DNA of 63,491 nt from Nanobdellota archaeon (lineage in GTDB: Archaea; Nanobdellota; Nanobdellia; Pacearchaeales; GW2011-AR1): NCBI GenBank assembly GCA_018817405.1, contig JAHITZ010000032.1, forward strand, positions 1 to 63,491, given 5' to 3'. Both the position numbers and the translations under genes were made by a program. A model generated the notes under the pieces. That model made no database searches. It was not told where the DNA came from and was given only the letters and a program-made list of their open reading frames with translations. Positions 25,502 to 35,027 of the stretch are shown piece after piece. Within the stretch, counting starts at the first letter, position 1; the number at the start of each line of letters is the position of its first letter.

Positions 25502-28393
25502 TCACTCGCCACACCCACTCCTCGTCGTCTGCCGACAACTCGTGCAAAGAATTTCACAATTCCCTATACGTCGTGCAACACCTCCGCAAATCGGGCACGC
25601 AATGCCTTCATCTTGTTCAAATTCTTCAAGCGAAGCCTGTTGCTCTTCTGCTTGCTCCAGGTCCTTCAGTTCAATATGAACTCCTCCTTCACTTTCGCCA
25701 AAATTGTTCATCATAAACTGGGCAACATAATCAACAATTGAAGAGGCTGTTCTGATTTGTTTGATTTGGTCATCAACCTCGCCACCGACAACATGTTTCA
25801 CAAAACCAGCCGGCTCAAACTTTTGATGCCTAAACCTCTTAAACAAGTTCTTTATAGAAACACCATACTGCAAATTTACCGAAACAGAAGTTGCCCATGC
25901 ATCCAGCAAGCCCCTTATTGTTGAACCCTGCTTGTGCATCGTCACAAAAATTTCCCCTGGTTTTCCGTCGTCATATAACCCCACAGTTAAATAACCTTCA
26001 TGCCCCGATATTTCAAATTTATGTGTGATGGACCTTCTTGTTTGCGGTAACTTTACCCTGTCTCCAGCAAATCCTCCTGCATTTTTCTTAACAATCTCTC
26101 CTTCTGTTTTTTGAGTGTTCAGCGGTTGACTTCTTTTACTATTCTCTCTGTAAATCGCAACAGCTTTCAAACCCTGCTCCCAGGAAAAAATATATGCCTT
26201 TGCAATATCTTCAACTGTAGATTCTTCAGGCATATTTATTGTCTTAGAAATCGCCCCGGAAATAAATGGCTGAACAGAACCCATCATTTTGATATGTCCT
26301 TTGTAATTTATTGCCCTCTTGCCCTTGGCAGCTTTAAACGCACAGTCAAACACCGGCAGGTGCTCTTGCAATAAATGCGGCGCTCCTTCTATGGTTTCGT
26401 TTTTATCTATGTATCCAACAATATCCTTAATTTGTTCCTCGTTATAGCCTAATCCTTTCAAACCTTGTGAAATGCTGCCATTAACAATCTTTAACATTCC
26501 CCCGCCAGATAAAACCTTGTATTTTACAAGAGCAATATCTGGTTCAATTCCTGTTGTAGAGCAGTCCATCATAAATGCAGTTGTTCCTGTAGGAGCGAGA
26601 ACAGTTGTTTGTGCATTTCTGTAGCCGTTTTTTTCTCCAAGCTCAACAGCATCTGTCCACGAATCCCACGCATCATTTATTAAATAACGCAAATTAGAAG
26701 GTATTGCTTCAACATCAATTTTCTTGACAGCATTTTGATGCATCTTCATAACCTCAAACATTGACTCTTTGTTCTTCATAAACCCTGGGAACGGTCCAAC
26801 CAACCCTGCTAATTCTGCAGATGTTCTATAAGCCTCGCCGCACAGTATAGATGTAATTGTAGCAGCAACTGCCCTGCCAGCGTCTGAATCATAAGGAAGG
26901 CCAAGAGCCATTAACAACGCGCCAAGATTAGCATATCCCAACCCCAGCGCCCGGTAATCATGAGAATTTTGAGTAATTTTTCCAGTCGGATAACTTGCCC
27001 CATCAACAATTAGCTCCATTGCAATGATAAAGGTTTTTACAACTTTTTTGAATTTTTCTACGTCAAACTTTTTATCTTCTTTCAAAAACTTCAGCAGATT
27101 AATTGACGCGAGATTGCAGGCAGAGTCATCAAGAAAAATGTATTCACTGCAAGGATTACTCGCATTAATCCTCCCAGAATTTTTACAAGTATGCCACTTG
27201 TTTACTGTTGTGTCAAATTGTATTCCAGGGTCGCCGCAAAGATGAGTCCCTTGTGCAACTTTCTCAAGTATCTCCTTTGCCTTGAAAGTTTCACAAACTT
27301 CCTTTGTTTTTACATATCTTGTTTTCCATTCTCCGTCTTTTTTTACAGATTCCATAAATTCATCTGGTGCGCGAATAGAAAGATTGCAATTCTGGAAGAA
27401 AATACTTCCATAAGCAGGCCCGTTCAGGCCACCACCATAACCTTGCTCAATCAAGGCCCATGCTTTTTTTTCTTCATCAGGCTTTGCATTTATGAATTCA
27501 AATATGTCAGGATGGTCAACATTTAATATTTCCATCTTTGCTGCTCTTCTTGTTTTCCCCCCTGATTTTATAATCCCGGCATAAGCATCATAACCTTTCA
27601 TGAAACTTACAGGACCAGAAGCTTTTCCGCCGCCAGTCAAAGTTTCTTTAGAACTCCTTAATGTAGAGCGGTTTGTGCCAGTTCCAGATCCAGCTTTGAA
27701 CAAGTTTGCTTCAGCAACTTGGACAGCCATTATTGAGTCCATATCATCTTCAATGCTTTGAATAAAACATGCAGAGCACTGAGGTCTGTCACTTTTCTTT
27801 TCACTTTTCACAACTCTTTTTGTTGTAGAATCCCAAACGTAAGCTGAAACCCCTCCAGCATCTTTGTCATAGTCTTGTATTCCTGCATTAAACCAAACAG
27901 GAGAGTTAAACACTGCAACCTGGTTTAAGCAGATAGCAGCAATCTCATCTCCCAATATCTTTGCCCGCTCTTCATCAAAATATCCTTGTTTCAATGCTTG
28001 CCTTTCAAAAAATCTTGAAACTCTGCCAACCAGCTGCTCTACAGAATTTTCTCTTTCTCCTTTATTTTGATTTCCCCAAAAATATCTGCTTGCCACAACT
28101 TTTATAGCAAGTGAAGACCAAAAGTCCGGCCTTCTTACTTTTGGTTGCATGAAAATCGTCTTGCCAGAATCATCAGTAACACTTACATCTTCTGCAATCC
28201 AGTTAATAGAATTTCCATATAAATCAAATTCAAAAGGGTTTTTCCCCTCCTGTGTAAAACAACGCCCAATTTTCATAGAACTCAAGGCCAATTCAGGGTT
28301 TACCACATGATCAGGATGTTTTTCCCCTTCAAGACCATTGCCATTTTCCCAGTAATTATATTCATTACCATTTTCATTAAATCCATTCACCAT
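25502..28393 (-). CDS. nrdJ: Class II (adenosylcobalamin-dependent) ribonucleotide reductase
   Basis: 963 aa; NPCSEYIFLDDSACNLASINL, C-terminal Cys cluster CPICGG..CTSC. Confidence 0.9.
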   Translation of the reverse strand: MVNGFNENGNEYNYWENGNGLEGEKHPDHVVNPELALSSMKIGRCFTQEGKNPFEFDLYGNSINWIAEDVSVTDDSGKTIFMQPKVRRPDFWSSLAIKVVASRYFWGNQNKGERENSVEQLVGRVSRFFERQALKQGYFDEERAKILGDEIAAICLNQVAVFNSPVWFNAGIQDYDKDAGGVSAYVWDSTTKRVVKSEKKSDRPQCSACFIQSIEDDMDSIMAVQVAEANLFKAGSGTGTNRSTLRSSKETLTGGGKASGPVSFMKGYDAYAGIIKSGGKTRRAAKMEILNVDHPDIFEFINAKPDEEKKAWALIEQGYGGGLNGPAYGSIFFQNCNLSIRAPDEFMESVKKDGEWKTRYVKTKEVCETFKAKEILEKVAQGTHLCGDPGIQFDTTVNKWHTCKNSGRINASNPCSEYIFLDDSACNLASINLLKFLKEDKKFDVEKFKKVVKTFIIAMELIVDGASYPTGKITQNSHDYRALGLGYANLGALLMALGLPYDSDAGRAVAATITSILCGEAYRTSAELAGLVGPFPGFMKNKESMFEVMKMHQNAVKKIDVEAIPSNLRYLINDAWDSWTDAVELGEKNGYRNAQTTVLAPTGTTAFMMDCSTTGIEPDIALVKYKVLSGGGMLKIVNGSISQGLKGLGYNEEQIKDIVGYIDKNETIEGAPHLLQEHLPVFDCAFKAAKGKRAINYKGHIKMMGSVQPFISGAISKTINMPEESTVEDIAKAYIFSWEQGLKAVAIYRENSKRSQPLNTQKTEGEIVKKNAGGFAGDRVKLPQTRRSITHKFEISGHEGYLTVGLYDDGKPGEIFVTMHKQGSTIRGLLDAWATSVSVNLQYGVSIKNLFKRFRHQKFEPAGFVKHVVGGEVDDQIKQIRTASSIVDYVAQFMMNNFGESEGGVHIELKDLEQAEEQQASLEEFEQDEGIACPICGGVARRIGNCEILCTSCRQTTRSGCGE

Positions 28394-28394
28394 T

Positions 28395-28838
28395 TTATTT
28401 GGTAATCAACTCCTTTATCTCTTTTTTAAAGTCATCTAATTCTGTAAAATCCCTGTATACAGACGCAAATCTAATGTAAGAAACCTTGTCTATTTTTTTC
28501 AATTCAGAAACAAGCATATCACCAATAGCAGTGGATTTTATCTCTTTCCCTTTTTTTCTCAGCCTATCTTCAACTTTCGCAAGCATTTTGTTTATTTTCT
28601 CTGAACTCACAGGCCGTTTTTCACACGCCTTCATAACCCCTTTTTTTAATTTTTCATAATCAAAGCTCTCTCTTCTGCCGTCTTTTTTTATCACCCTCAG
28701 GTCAACTCTATTAACTATTTCTTGTGTATTAAATCGCTTGGCGCACTTAAGGCACTCTCGCCTCCTTTTTGACAATCCTTCAATGTCTCTTTTGTCTATG
28801 ACTTTCGTTTCACTATGAAGGCAATATGGGCAGAGCAT
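28395..28838 (-). CDS. nrdR: Transcriptional repressor NrdR (Zn ribbon plus ATP-cone)
   Basis: Start at MLCPYC; CPYC..C..C Zn ribbon, then ATP-cone; TAA-A-ATG junction with nrdJ. Confidence 0.85.
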   Translation of the reverse strand: MLCPYCLHSETKVIDKRDIEGLSKRRRECLKCAKRFNTQEIVNRVDLRVIKKDGRRESFDYEKLKKGVMKACEKRPVSSEKINKMLAKVEDRLRKKGKEIKSTAIGDMLVSELKKIDKVSYIRFASVYRDFTELDDFKKEIKELITK

Positions 28839-29073
28839 TGTTCGTTTAACACCACCAGATGTAGTGGTTTTCCTCTTTTTTAACACAATTCCTTGTGTTT
28901 ACGCGTGTTTTTAGTTTCAGCCTTATTTAAATACTTCTATCCTCTTTTTTTTATCGTCGGTAAAATATCCAAAACCAAAAGTCTTACTTTCCGAGTGATA
29001 AAAGGAGGAGTTCGGGTAATCTGATTTCTCAAATAGGGTAAACTTTTATAAACACTCTTTCATTAATCACCCC

Positions 29074-29328
29074 ATGGCACTAGAATCCTTCGGAACATGG
29101 TATACTTCTCTGCCTGTATGGCTAGTTCTTATTATCACGGTTTGGTCTTTGGTTTGGAAAGGCCTTGCTTTGTGGAAAGCAGCTGCTAAAAATAAAAGCC
29201 CGATTTGGTTTATTGTTTTGTTGGTCGTAAACACGATTAGTTTATTGGAAATTCTTTACATTTTCATATTTTCAGAAATGCGTGGCAAGTCCAAAACGGC
29301 CGAACCAAAAGTTAAGAAGAGGAAATAA
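29074..29328 (+). CDS. Small membrane protein (DUF5652-like)
   Basis: 84 aa; WKGLALWKAA..WF pattern, two TM helices. Confidence 0.5.
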   Translation: MALESFGTWYTSLPVWLVLIITVWSLVWKGLALWKAAAKNKSPIWFIVLLVVNTISLLEILYIFIFSEMRGKSKTAEPKVKKRK

Positions 29329-29339
29329 CTAATTCAAAA

Positions 29340-30140
29340 TCACCCACTCAAATTCCCATTTCTCGTGAAAACCTTTTTGCTACTCTCCTCCTTGCCCAAC
29401 CCATGCAACTTCTTGTAACTGCACCAATCACAAAACGCCTTCCCACAAGCAGACCACTCTGTCGTTGATTCAATCTTCTTAATCAATTCCAAAGTCTCTT
29501 CCTTCAATTTATCCAACTGCTCCTGCGTTCTCTTTGAATGAATCTTCTTATCAAACGCAAGAAAATGCCAAACAAGTTTTACCTTTATCTCCTCGTCAAA
29601 CAACGCCTGTAATCCAAGTTGATAAAAAGCCAACTGCCTGTCCTTATCAATCTCTTCTTGCGACTTCAGGAATGAATTTGTTTTATAATCATGAACCTCA
29701 TACTCTCCTTTTTCATTCAAAACAATTCTATCAATATATCCAACTATCGCGTAGTTTTCGTCAAGAGGAAACAAAATCTTCCTCTCAGTTTCAATTGTAT
29801 TTTCAGAAAAAGGCTTGTTGCTTTGAAAGTAATCAACTAAAAACTTTACACCCTTGTTAAAATAATCTCCTTCCTTATCTCCGACAGGAATCCTTACACA
29901 CAGAGTATACTGTTTATGCCAATTTTCTGCAAAATGTTTTACCAATTCATCGAGCTCAACAGTTTTTCCGCTTTTAATTTCATTATAAAGAAATTCCAAA
30001 CTTTCATGAACCATGCTTCCCAAAAATGCATGAACACTAGACGGCAATTCAGGAAATGTCCTGTCAATGTATTTAATTTTGTAAGCTTCTGGACAATTTT
30101 CATACAGCCAAAGTCTAGAATTTGAATATATCATCACCAT
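29340..30140 (-). CDS. PD-(D/E)XK nuclease, Cas4/RecB-like with C-terminal Cys cluster
   Basis: GYIDRIV...EVHDYKT nuclease motif; N-terminal Cys and C-terminal CGKAFCDWC. Confidence 0.7.
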   Translation of the reverse strand: MVMIYSNSRLWLYENCPEAYKIKYIDRTFPELPSSVHAFLGSMVHESLEFLYNEIKSGKTVELDELVKHFAENWHKQYTLCVRIPVGDKEGDYFNKGVKFLVDYFQSNKPFSENTIETERKILFPLDENYAIVGYIDRIVLNEKGEYEVHDYKTNSFLKSQEEIDKDRQLAFYQLGLQALFDEEIKVKLVWHFLAFDKKIHSKRTQEQLDKLKEETLELIKKIESTTEWSACGKAFCDWCSYKKLHGLGKEESSKKVFTRNGNLSG

Positions 30141-30172
30141 GCGAGGTAAAAAAGAGAGGAGTATAAAAAGTT

Positions 30173-30412
30173 TTAGGCTTTGTTTTTCATATCTTTAATG
30201 AATTTAGCCACCCTTCTCCTTTTTTCAGGCCATCCCTTTTCGTCTTCTGATAATGTCCTCTCGAGCAAAATAAGAAATCGAACCTCTTCACGACAAGGTT
30301 CACAGATTTGAGTAACATGTCTAGCCAAATCCGGCGCCGTTTCAGGACTAAATCCAGTTAAAGCTTGTAATTCACGGTCAGAGTCATAGTCTCCCCTTTC
30401 ATAATCGTTCAT
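30173..30412 (-). CDS. Orphan ORF (79 aa from ATG; frame stays open 43 codons further upstream, to the repeat edge)
   Basis: No stop between 30413 and 30541 in this frame; shares motifs with ORF 6987-7322. Confidence 0.4.
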   Translation of the reverse strand: MNDYERGDYDSDRELQALTGFSPETAPDLARHVTQICEPCREEVRFLILLERTLSEDEKGWPEKRRRVAKFIKDMKNKA

Positions 30413-30541
30413 TAAGGCATAGCTAAGAAATTCAAAGATAATCGGGCCAGTTATATCAGACCTTGTTTGACAAACATAATTCTTTATTTTCTCATCATCC
30501 CTTATTTTATCAAATGCGTCCAGTATAAAAGTATTTTGATG

Positions 30542-30722
30542 TTAATACATCAAGATTTGCATTTTACGTAAACTCCCCACTTTAGTTCGTGAGAAAGTAA
30601 ATGCAAATCTTGACTGTGCTCAAGACCCTAAGAATTCCTTACAATAGAATTCTTGGCTGCGCTCAAGAATCTTCGATTCTTGACGACCTGAGGCACGCGA
30701 TTTTAGTCCGCGGGTTCTTGAC
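30542..30722 (+). repeat. Multi-hairpin repeat family A, complete copy 2
   Basis: Five consecutive hairpins: CAAGATTTGCATTT..AAATGCAAATCTTG, CTTGA..TCAAG, AAGAATTC..GAATTCTT, TCAAGAATC-TTC-GATTCTTGA, CGCG..CGCG. Confidence 0.8.
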
Positions 30723-30860
30723 AATTTAAAGGGGTGGATAATATTGAAGCTATATTTTTCTAATCATAAACCTTTACCAAAAATTATTTGCTAATTTTAC
30801 TACTTTCTTAGAAGATAAATTGTGGAGAAAGTTTAAATATCTGGGAAGTATGTAAAAGGA

Positions 30861-33137
30861 ATGAAAAAGAGTGTGTTTATTCTTCTTGGGTTGGTGATTG
30901 TTTTTAGTTTTTTGGGAGTTGTTAGTGCTGAGTGGCAGGAGAATTTGAATGAAGGATTAATTTCTTACTATCCTTTCGATGAAAGTTCTGGAGTAATGGC
31001 AGAAGATGTTATTTCTGGAAATGATTTAACTATATATCGGGGGAATTTTGCAGATGGAGGAATTCTTGGAAATATGTTGAATGCTTCCATTATCGGTGAA
31101 TTAGAAGCAACATCAATTGAAGAAGTGGATGCTTCAATTTTAGGCAATAATCCGAGAACAATAAGTTTCTGGTCATTTACAAATTCTCCAAATAGCATTC
31201 ACACACAATATTTAGTTTCCTATGGCCTATGTAGCAGTAATCAAAAATTCTCAATTGCGAGGTCGGCGAATACTGGGTATTGGTTGGTACAATCTTGCGG
31301 GAGTGATTGGACTTCTGATGTGAGCGCAACTCGTGAAATGAATCATCATGTAATAACTCACAACGGAACCACTATGACTTATTATCTAAATGGGGAAGTG
31401 ATCGGAACCCCTTTTAGAACATATAACACTTTTTCTGCACAATTATACGTTGGAGATTGGTATGGTGGTGCTGGTGAATTATACAACGGCACAATGGACG
31501 AGCTAGGGATATGGAACAGGAGTTTAAGTGAGGAAGAAGCTTTACAACTTTGGAATAATGGGACTGGTTGGGCATATCCTTTTACTTTTAGTGCACCAAC
31601 AATCCAACCTATCGATGACATATTCGCCAATGAAAATGAAACACTTGTCGTTACTATTAATGCGACCCATCCTGAGAACGAAACAATGACTTATTTTATT
31701 CTTCCAGAAGGATACTTTGAGCAGGATGATAATATCTTTACGTGGCAAACAGACTTCGAAGATTGGGGCAATTACACCTTTGAAGCTCAAGTCAGTGATG
31801 GTTATTTTACCAATAGTACTATTTTTAACGTAATTATCTCCAACGTAAACCGCCCACCTTTCTTCTTTCCAATCGGAGACCAAATAGTCAATGAAAATGA
31901 CACACTAACCTTTCCAATATCTTATTCAGACCCTGATAATGAAAACAATGTAACTAACGACGACAATATTCTCACCCTTTCTTCACCCAATCTCCCACCA
32001 GGAGCCCAACTTATCGATGACATATTCACCTGGACACCAAACCACTGGCAATCAGGATTTTACTATCCAACATTTATTGTCTCTGACGGAGAATTTGAAG
32101 TTAATGAAACAATTACCATCGAAGTAATCCAAGTAGATGCAACAGACCTTACCTTAACAAACGATGATATTACCTTCAGCGATGACACACCGATTGAAGA
32201 CCAGACAATTTATATTACAGCGGTTTTCTATAATGTACTGGAGATTAACCCTCCGAGCATTGATGTTGGATTTTATGATGGTAATCCAGAAGATAATGGG
32301 ATACTGATTGACATTGTTACTGTAACTACTCGAGGTGATAGCTATTTTGCTCAGGTAGAATGGGTTGCTGAAATAGCAGGGGAACATGACATTTATTTTT
32401 ATTTAGACCCTGATAATGAAATCTATGAAGGTGATGAAACAAATAATATTGCTTTTAGGTCAATTACAGTAACGCCTGCTCCTGATTTAATGATAAGAGA
32501 ACAGGATATTGGTTTTACTAATCCTTTTCCAGAAGAAGGTGAAGAAATAAACATCCTTGCTATGATTCACAACATCAACTCAGGTGTGGCTGAAGAATTT
32601 AATGTTTTATTTTACTTGGATGATATTTCAAATGTGATTTGGGAGGAGACGTTAAGCATGGGAGGATATAGCACAGAACTTTTAGTAGTTCCCTGGACAG
32701 CTGTACAAGGAGAACATTTGATTCATGTTCTTGTTGATTCAGAACAGGAGATTGAAGAGCCAGATGAATCAAATAACGAAGCATGGAAAACAATTTTTGT
32801 AGAACCCGGGCTGAATAACCCGCCTGTATTAGACCCTGTGGGTGATAAGACAGTTTATGCAATGCATCTTCTGACTATTGACCTTAATGCTTCTGACGCT
32901 GACGACGACGACCTTTTGTATGGTATAACTTCCCATATCTTGCCTTCGAAATTCAATTTTGATCCATTGACAGGAATTTTTGAATGGAAACCTGAAAGAG
33001 AAGACATTGGATTGCATGAAGTTACATTTAATGTTACTGATGGAATTGATTATGATGAAGAAACTATAAACATTAAAGTTCTGCATTCTCCATGGGACTT
33101 CACAGGAGATACACCTGCAAACATACCTTCCCCTTAA
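30861..33137 (+). CDS. Secreted LamG-like / cadherin-like / CARDB-like surface protein
   Basis: Signal peptide; MDELGIWNRSLSEEEA LamG-type motif; repeated PP.F.PIGD..V.E...L modules; APDL..........G....I...I.N.G CARDB-like modules. Confidence 0.75.
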   Translation: MKKSVFILLGLVIVFSFLGVVSAEWQENLNEGLISYYPFDESSGVMAEDVISGNDLTIYRGNFADGGILGNMLNASIIGELEATSIEEVDASILGNNPRTISFWSFTNSPNSIHTQYLVSYGLCSSNQKFSIARSANTGYWLVQSCGSDWTSDVSATREMNHHVITHNGTTMTYYLNGEVIGTPFRTYNTFSAQLYVGDWYGGAGELYNGTMDELGIWNRSLSEEEALQLWNNGTGWAYPFTFSAPTIQPIDDIFANENETLVVTINATHPENETMTYFILPEGYFEQDDNIFTWQTDFEDWGNYTFEAQVSDGYFTNSTIFNVIISNVNRPPFFFPIGDQIVNENDTLTFPISYSDPDNENNVTNDDNILTLSSPNLPPGAQLIDDIFTWTPNHWQSGFYYPTFIVSDGEFEVNETITIEVIQVDATDLTLTNDDITFSDDTPIEDQTIYITAVFYNVLEINPPSIDVGFYDGNPEDNGILIDIVTVTTRGDSYFAQVEWVAEIAGEHDIYFYLDPDNEIYEGDETNNIAFRSITVTPAPDLMIREQDIGFTNPFPEEGEEINILAMIHNINSGVAEEFNVLFYLDDISNVIWEETLSMGGYSTELLVVPWTAVQGEHLIHVLVDSEQEIEEPDESNNEAWKTIFVEPGLNNPPVLDPVGDKTVYAMHLLTIDLNASDADDDDLLYGITSHILPSKFNFDPLTGIFEWKPEREDIGLHEVTFNVTDGIDYDEETINIKVLHSPWDFTGDTPANIPSP

Positions 33138-33394
33138 TTAAATTAAAGAGTAAATGGTAGTGATTAGCACAAAAAACAACTAATAATTAAAATGTCTGAA
33201 CATAAAACCATTATTATTAATCTCTTTACAATATGTTTTGAGTTCTAATTGTGGTTTTTGATTGTGTCAAATTAAAATCCTCCCTCCCCATCAAACCTCA
33301 TATAATTTATAATAATTAATTCGTTTGTTGCAACATCAAGAACAGTATTATTTGTTATGTCCTTCTGATAAAACAGCGAACTGGTTTTTGTGGA

Positions 33395-34663
33395 CTACTC
33401 CCCATCAAACCTCACAATAGAAAAGACGTTCCTCCCAGATAATTTATCTCTGCCTTTGAGGTCTGGCAGTTCAACTATGAATGCTACTTCGGCTACTTTG
33501 CCCCCGAGCCTTTTTATAAGATTGCAGGCAGCGCAGGCGGTTCCTCCTGTTGCAAGCAAGTCATCTATAATCAAGACGTTTTGCCCTGGAGAAATTGCGT
33601 CTTTGTGGACTTCAACACAGTCTGTTCCGTACTCTAGAGAATATTCTTCTTTGACTGTTTCACCAGGGAGTTTTCCTGGTTTTTTTATTGGGACCAGAGG
33701 AAGTTTAAGTTTATCCGCTAAAATTCCCCCTAAAATAAATCCCCTGCTTTCTATTGCAGCAATAACATCAATCTCTTTGTTTTTGTATCTGTTATAAAAA
33801 ATTTCAATTACTTTCTGCATCCCCTCAGGGTCTGCTAACAAAGTTGTGATGTCTCTGAACAGAATCCCTGGCTTGGGAAAGTTTGGTATTGTTCTTATCT
33901 TTCCCTTTATGAAGTTTTCATCTTGGTTTGACATTTTTGGGATGACCTCCAACAAAAGTTTTTTGACTTTGTCTGCGTTTTCTTTCATTCTTTCTAGAAT
34001 TATCTCAAAAGTCACTGGTTCTTCATCTTGTTTCCAGCAGTCGTAGTCAGTGGACATTGCAATGCTTGCGTATTCCAAGCCAAGTTCTTTTGCGAGGGTA
34101 CATTCTGGAACAGTTGTCATGCCGATTATGTCTGCAAGGTTCCGGAACATATGGCTTTCTGCTTTTGTGGAAAACCTCGGGCCTTCGATGACTACAATGG
34201 TTGCTTTTTTGTGGTGTTGCAGGGAGAGAGCTTCGGCATTTTGGATTAAAATGTTTCTTAGTTCTTTTGAAAAAGGCTCTGCCATCTCGGTGTGTTTGAC
34301 CTGACCGATTGTGTCATGGAATGTGTTTTTTCTGTGCTTAGTAAAATCAATAAACTGGTCTGGAAAAACCAAGTCTCCTGGTTTGATTTCTTCTTTAAGA
34401 GAGCCGACAGCGCTTGTTGTTAATATGTGTGTGCAACCGAGTGTGTTTAAAGCGTAAATGTTCGCCCTGAAGTTTACTTGGCTTGGAGGGATTTCATGGA
34501 ATTTTCCATGCCTTGACAAGATACAAACTTCTGTTCCTGAAATCTTGCCGCAGGTAATTTTGGAAGATGTTATTCCGTAAGGTGTATCAACTTCTTTTTC
34601 TTCATGGTCTTGAAGGATGTTTGGGTCATCTAAACCAGAGCCACCGATTATTCCGATTTTCAT
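33395..34663 (-). CDS. Fusion protein: 5'-methylthioadenosine phosphorylase (N-terminal) plus adenine phosphoribosyltransferase (C-terminal)
   Basis: MKIGIIGGSG..MTTVPE MTAP-type half; FPKPGILFRDIT...VLIIDDLLATGGT APRT half. Confidence 0.85.
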   Translation of the reverse strand: MKIGIIGGSGLDDPNILQDHEEKEVDTPYGITSSKITCGKISGTEVCILSRHGKFHEIPPSQVNFRANIYALNTLGCTHILTTSAVGSLKEEIKPGDLVFPDQFIDFTKHRKNTFHDTIGQVKHTEMAEPFSKELRNILIQNAEALSLQHHKKATIVVIEGPRFSTKAESHMFRNLADIIGMTTVPECTLAKELGLEYASIAMSTDYDCWKQDEEPVTFEIILERMKENADKVKKLLLEVIPKMSNQDENFIKGKIRTIPNFPKPGILFRDITTLLADPEGMQKVIEIFYNRYKNKEIDVIAAIESRGFILGGILADKLKLPLVPIKKPGKLPGETVKEEYSLEYGTDCVEVHKDAISPGQNVLIIDDLLATGGTACAACNLIKRLGGKVAEVAFIVELPDLKGRDKLSGRNVFSIVRFDGE

Positions 34664-34894
34664 GTGGTAAAAGAAGAGTTTTGGTTAATAAGGTTTTATG
34701 GTGTGGTTTATCTAATTTAAGCCCCTCAAATAACCCCACAGTACATAAAATCTGCCAGATATCTTGAGTGTTAATACTTATTTCTTAGTCTTTTTTCTGA
34801 ACATTATCTTATTCTTACTTCTCCATTCCACCAATCTATAATATCTTCTTTTATGGGATTTCCTTCTTTGTTGAACACAACGAGCGTTATGTGC

Positions 34895-34916
34895 GCGGGG
34901 GTGCCAGAGTCCGGTC
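34895..34916 (+). pseudogene. Fragment identical to the 5' 22 nt of tRNA-Leu(GAG)
   Basis: GCGGGGGTGCCAGAGTCCGGTC equals 37011-37032; no T arm follows. Confidence 0.7.
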
Positions 34917-35027
34917 GAATAAAGGAAAAGTTTTGTTTGGACTTTTTATGTTTGGTTTAAGATTTAGAGTAGGATGTTCAAGGGGGTAATGTTCTACTAA
35001 GTTTAACATTTTGTAATCTGCTAAAGA

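Noticed and set aside
25277-25741. Two overlapping plus-strand ORFs with Pro/Thr/His-rich products
   Set aside because: They overlap the 3' end of nrdJ on the opposite strand and the upstream spacer. Low-complexity translation and no start context.
30601-30729. 42-codon ORF inside repeat A2 (51 codons in copy 1, starting at nt 15)
   Set aside because: All differences between the copies are non-synonymous, and a 4-nt indel changes the frame of the 3' part. A coding function is unlikely.
30715-30750. TTGACA-N15-TAATAT at the end of repeat A2 (and TTGACA-N15-TAATAA in copy 1), resembling a bacterial sigma-70 promoter
   Set aside because: The host transcription machinery is archaeal. TTGACA is part of the repeated TCTTGAC motif, so this is probably coincidence.
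34895-34916. Split-tRNA 5' half, Nanoarchaeum style
   Set aside because: The match ends in the D loop rather than at the anticodon loop, and no complementary leader or 3' half is evident. An att-like remnant is more likely.
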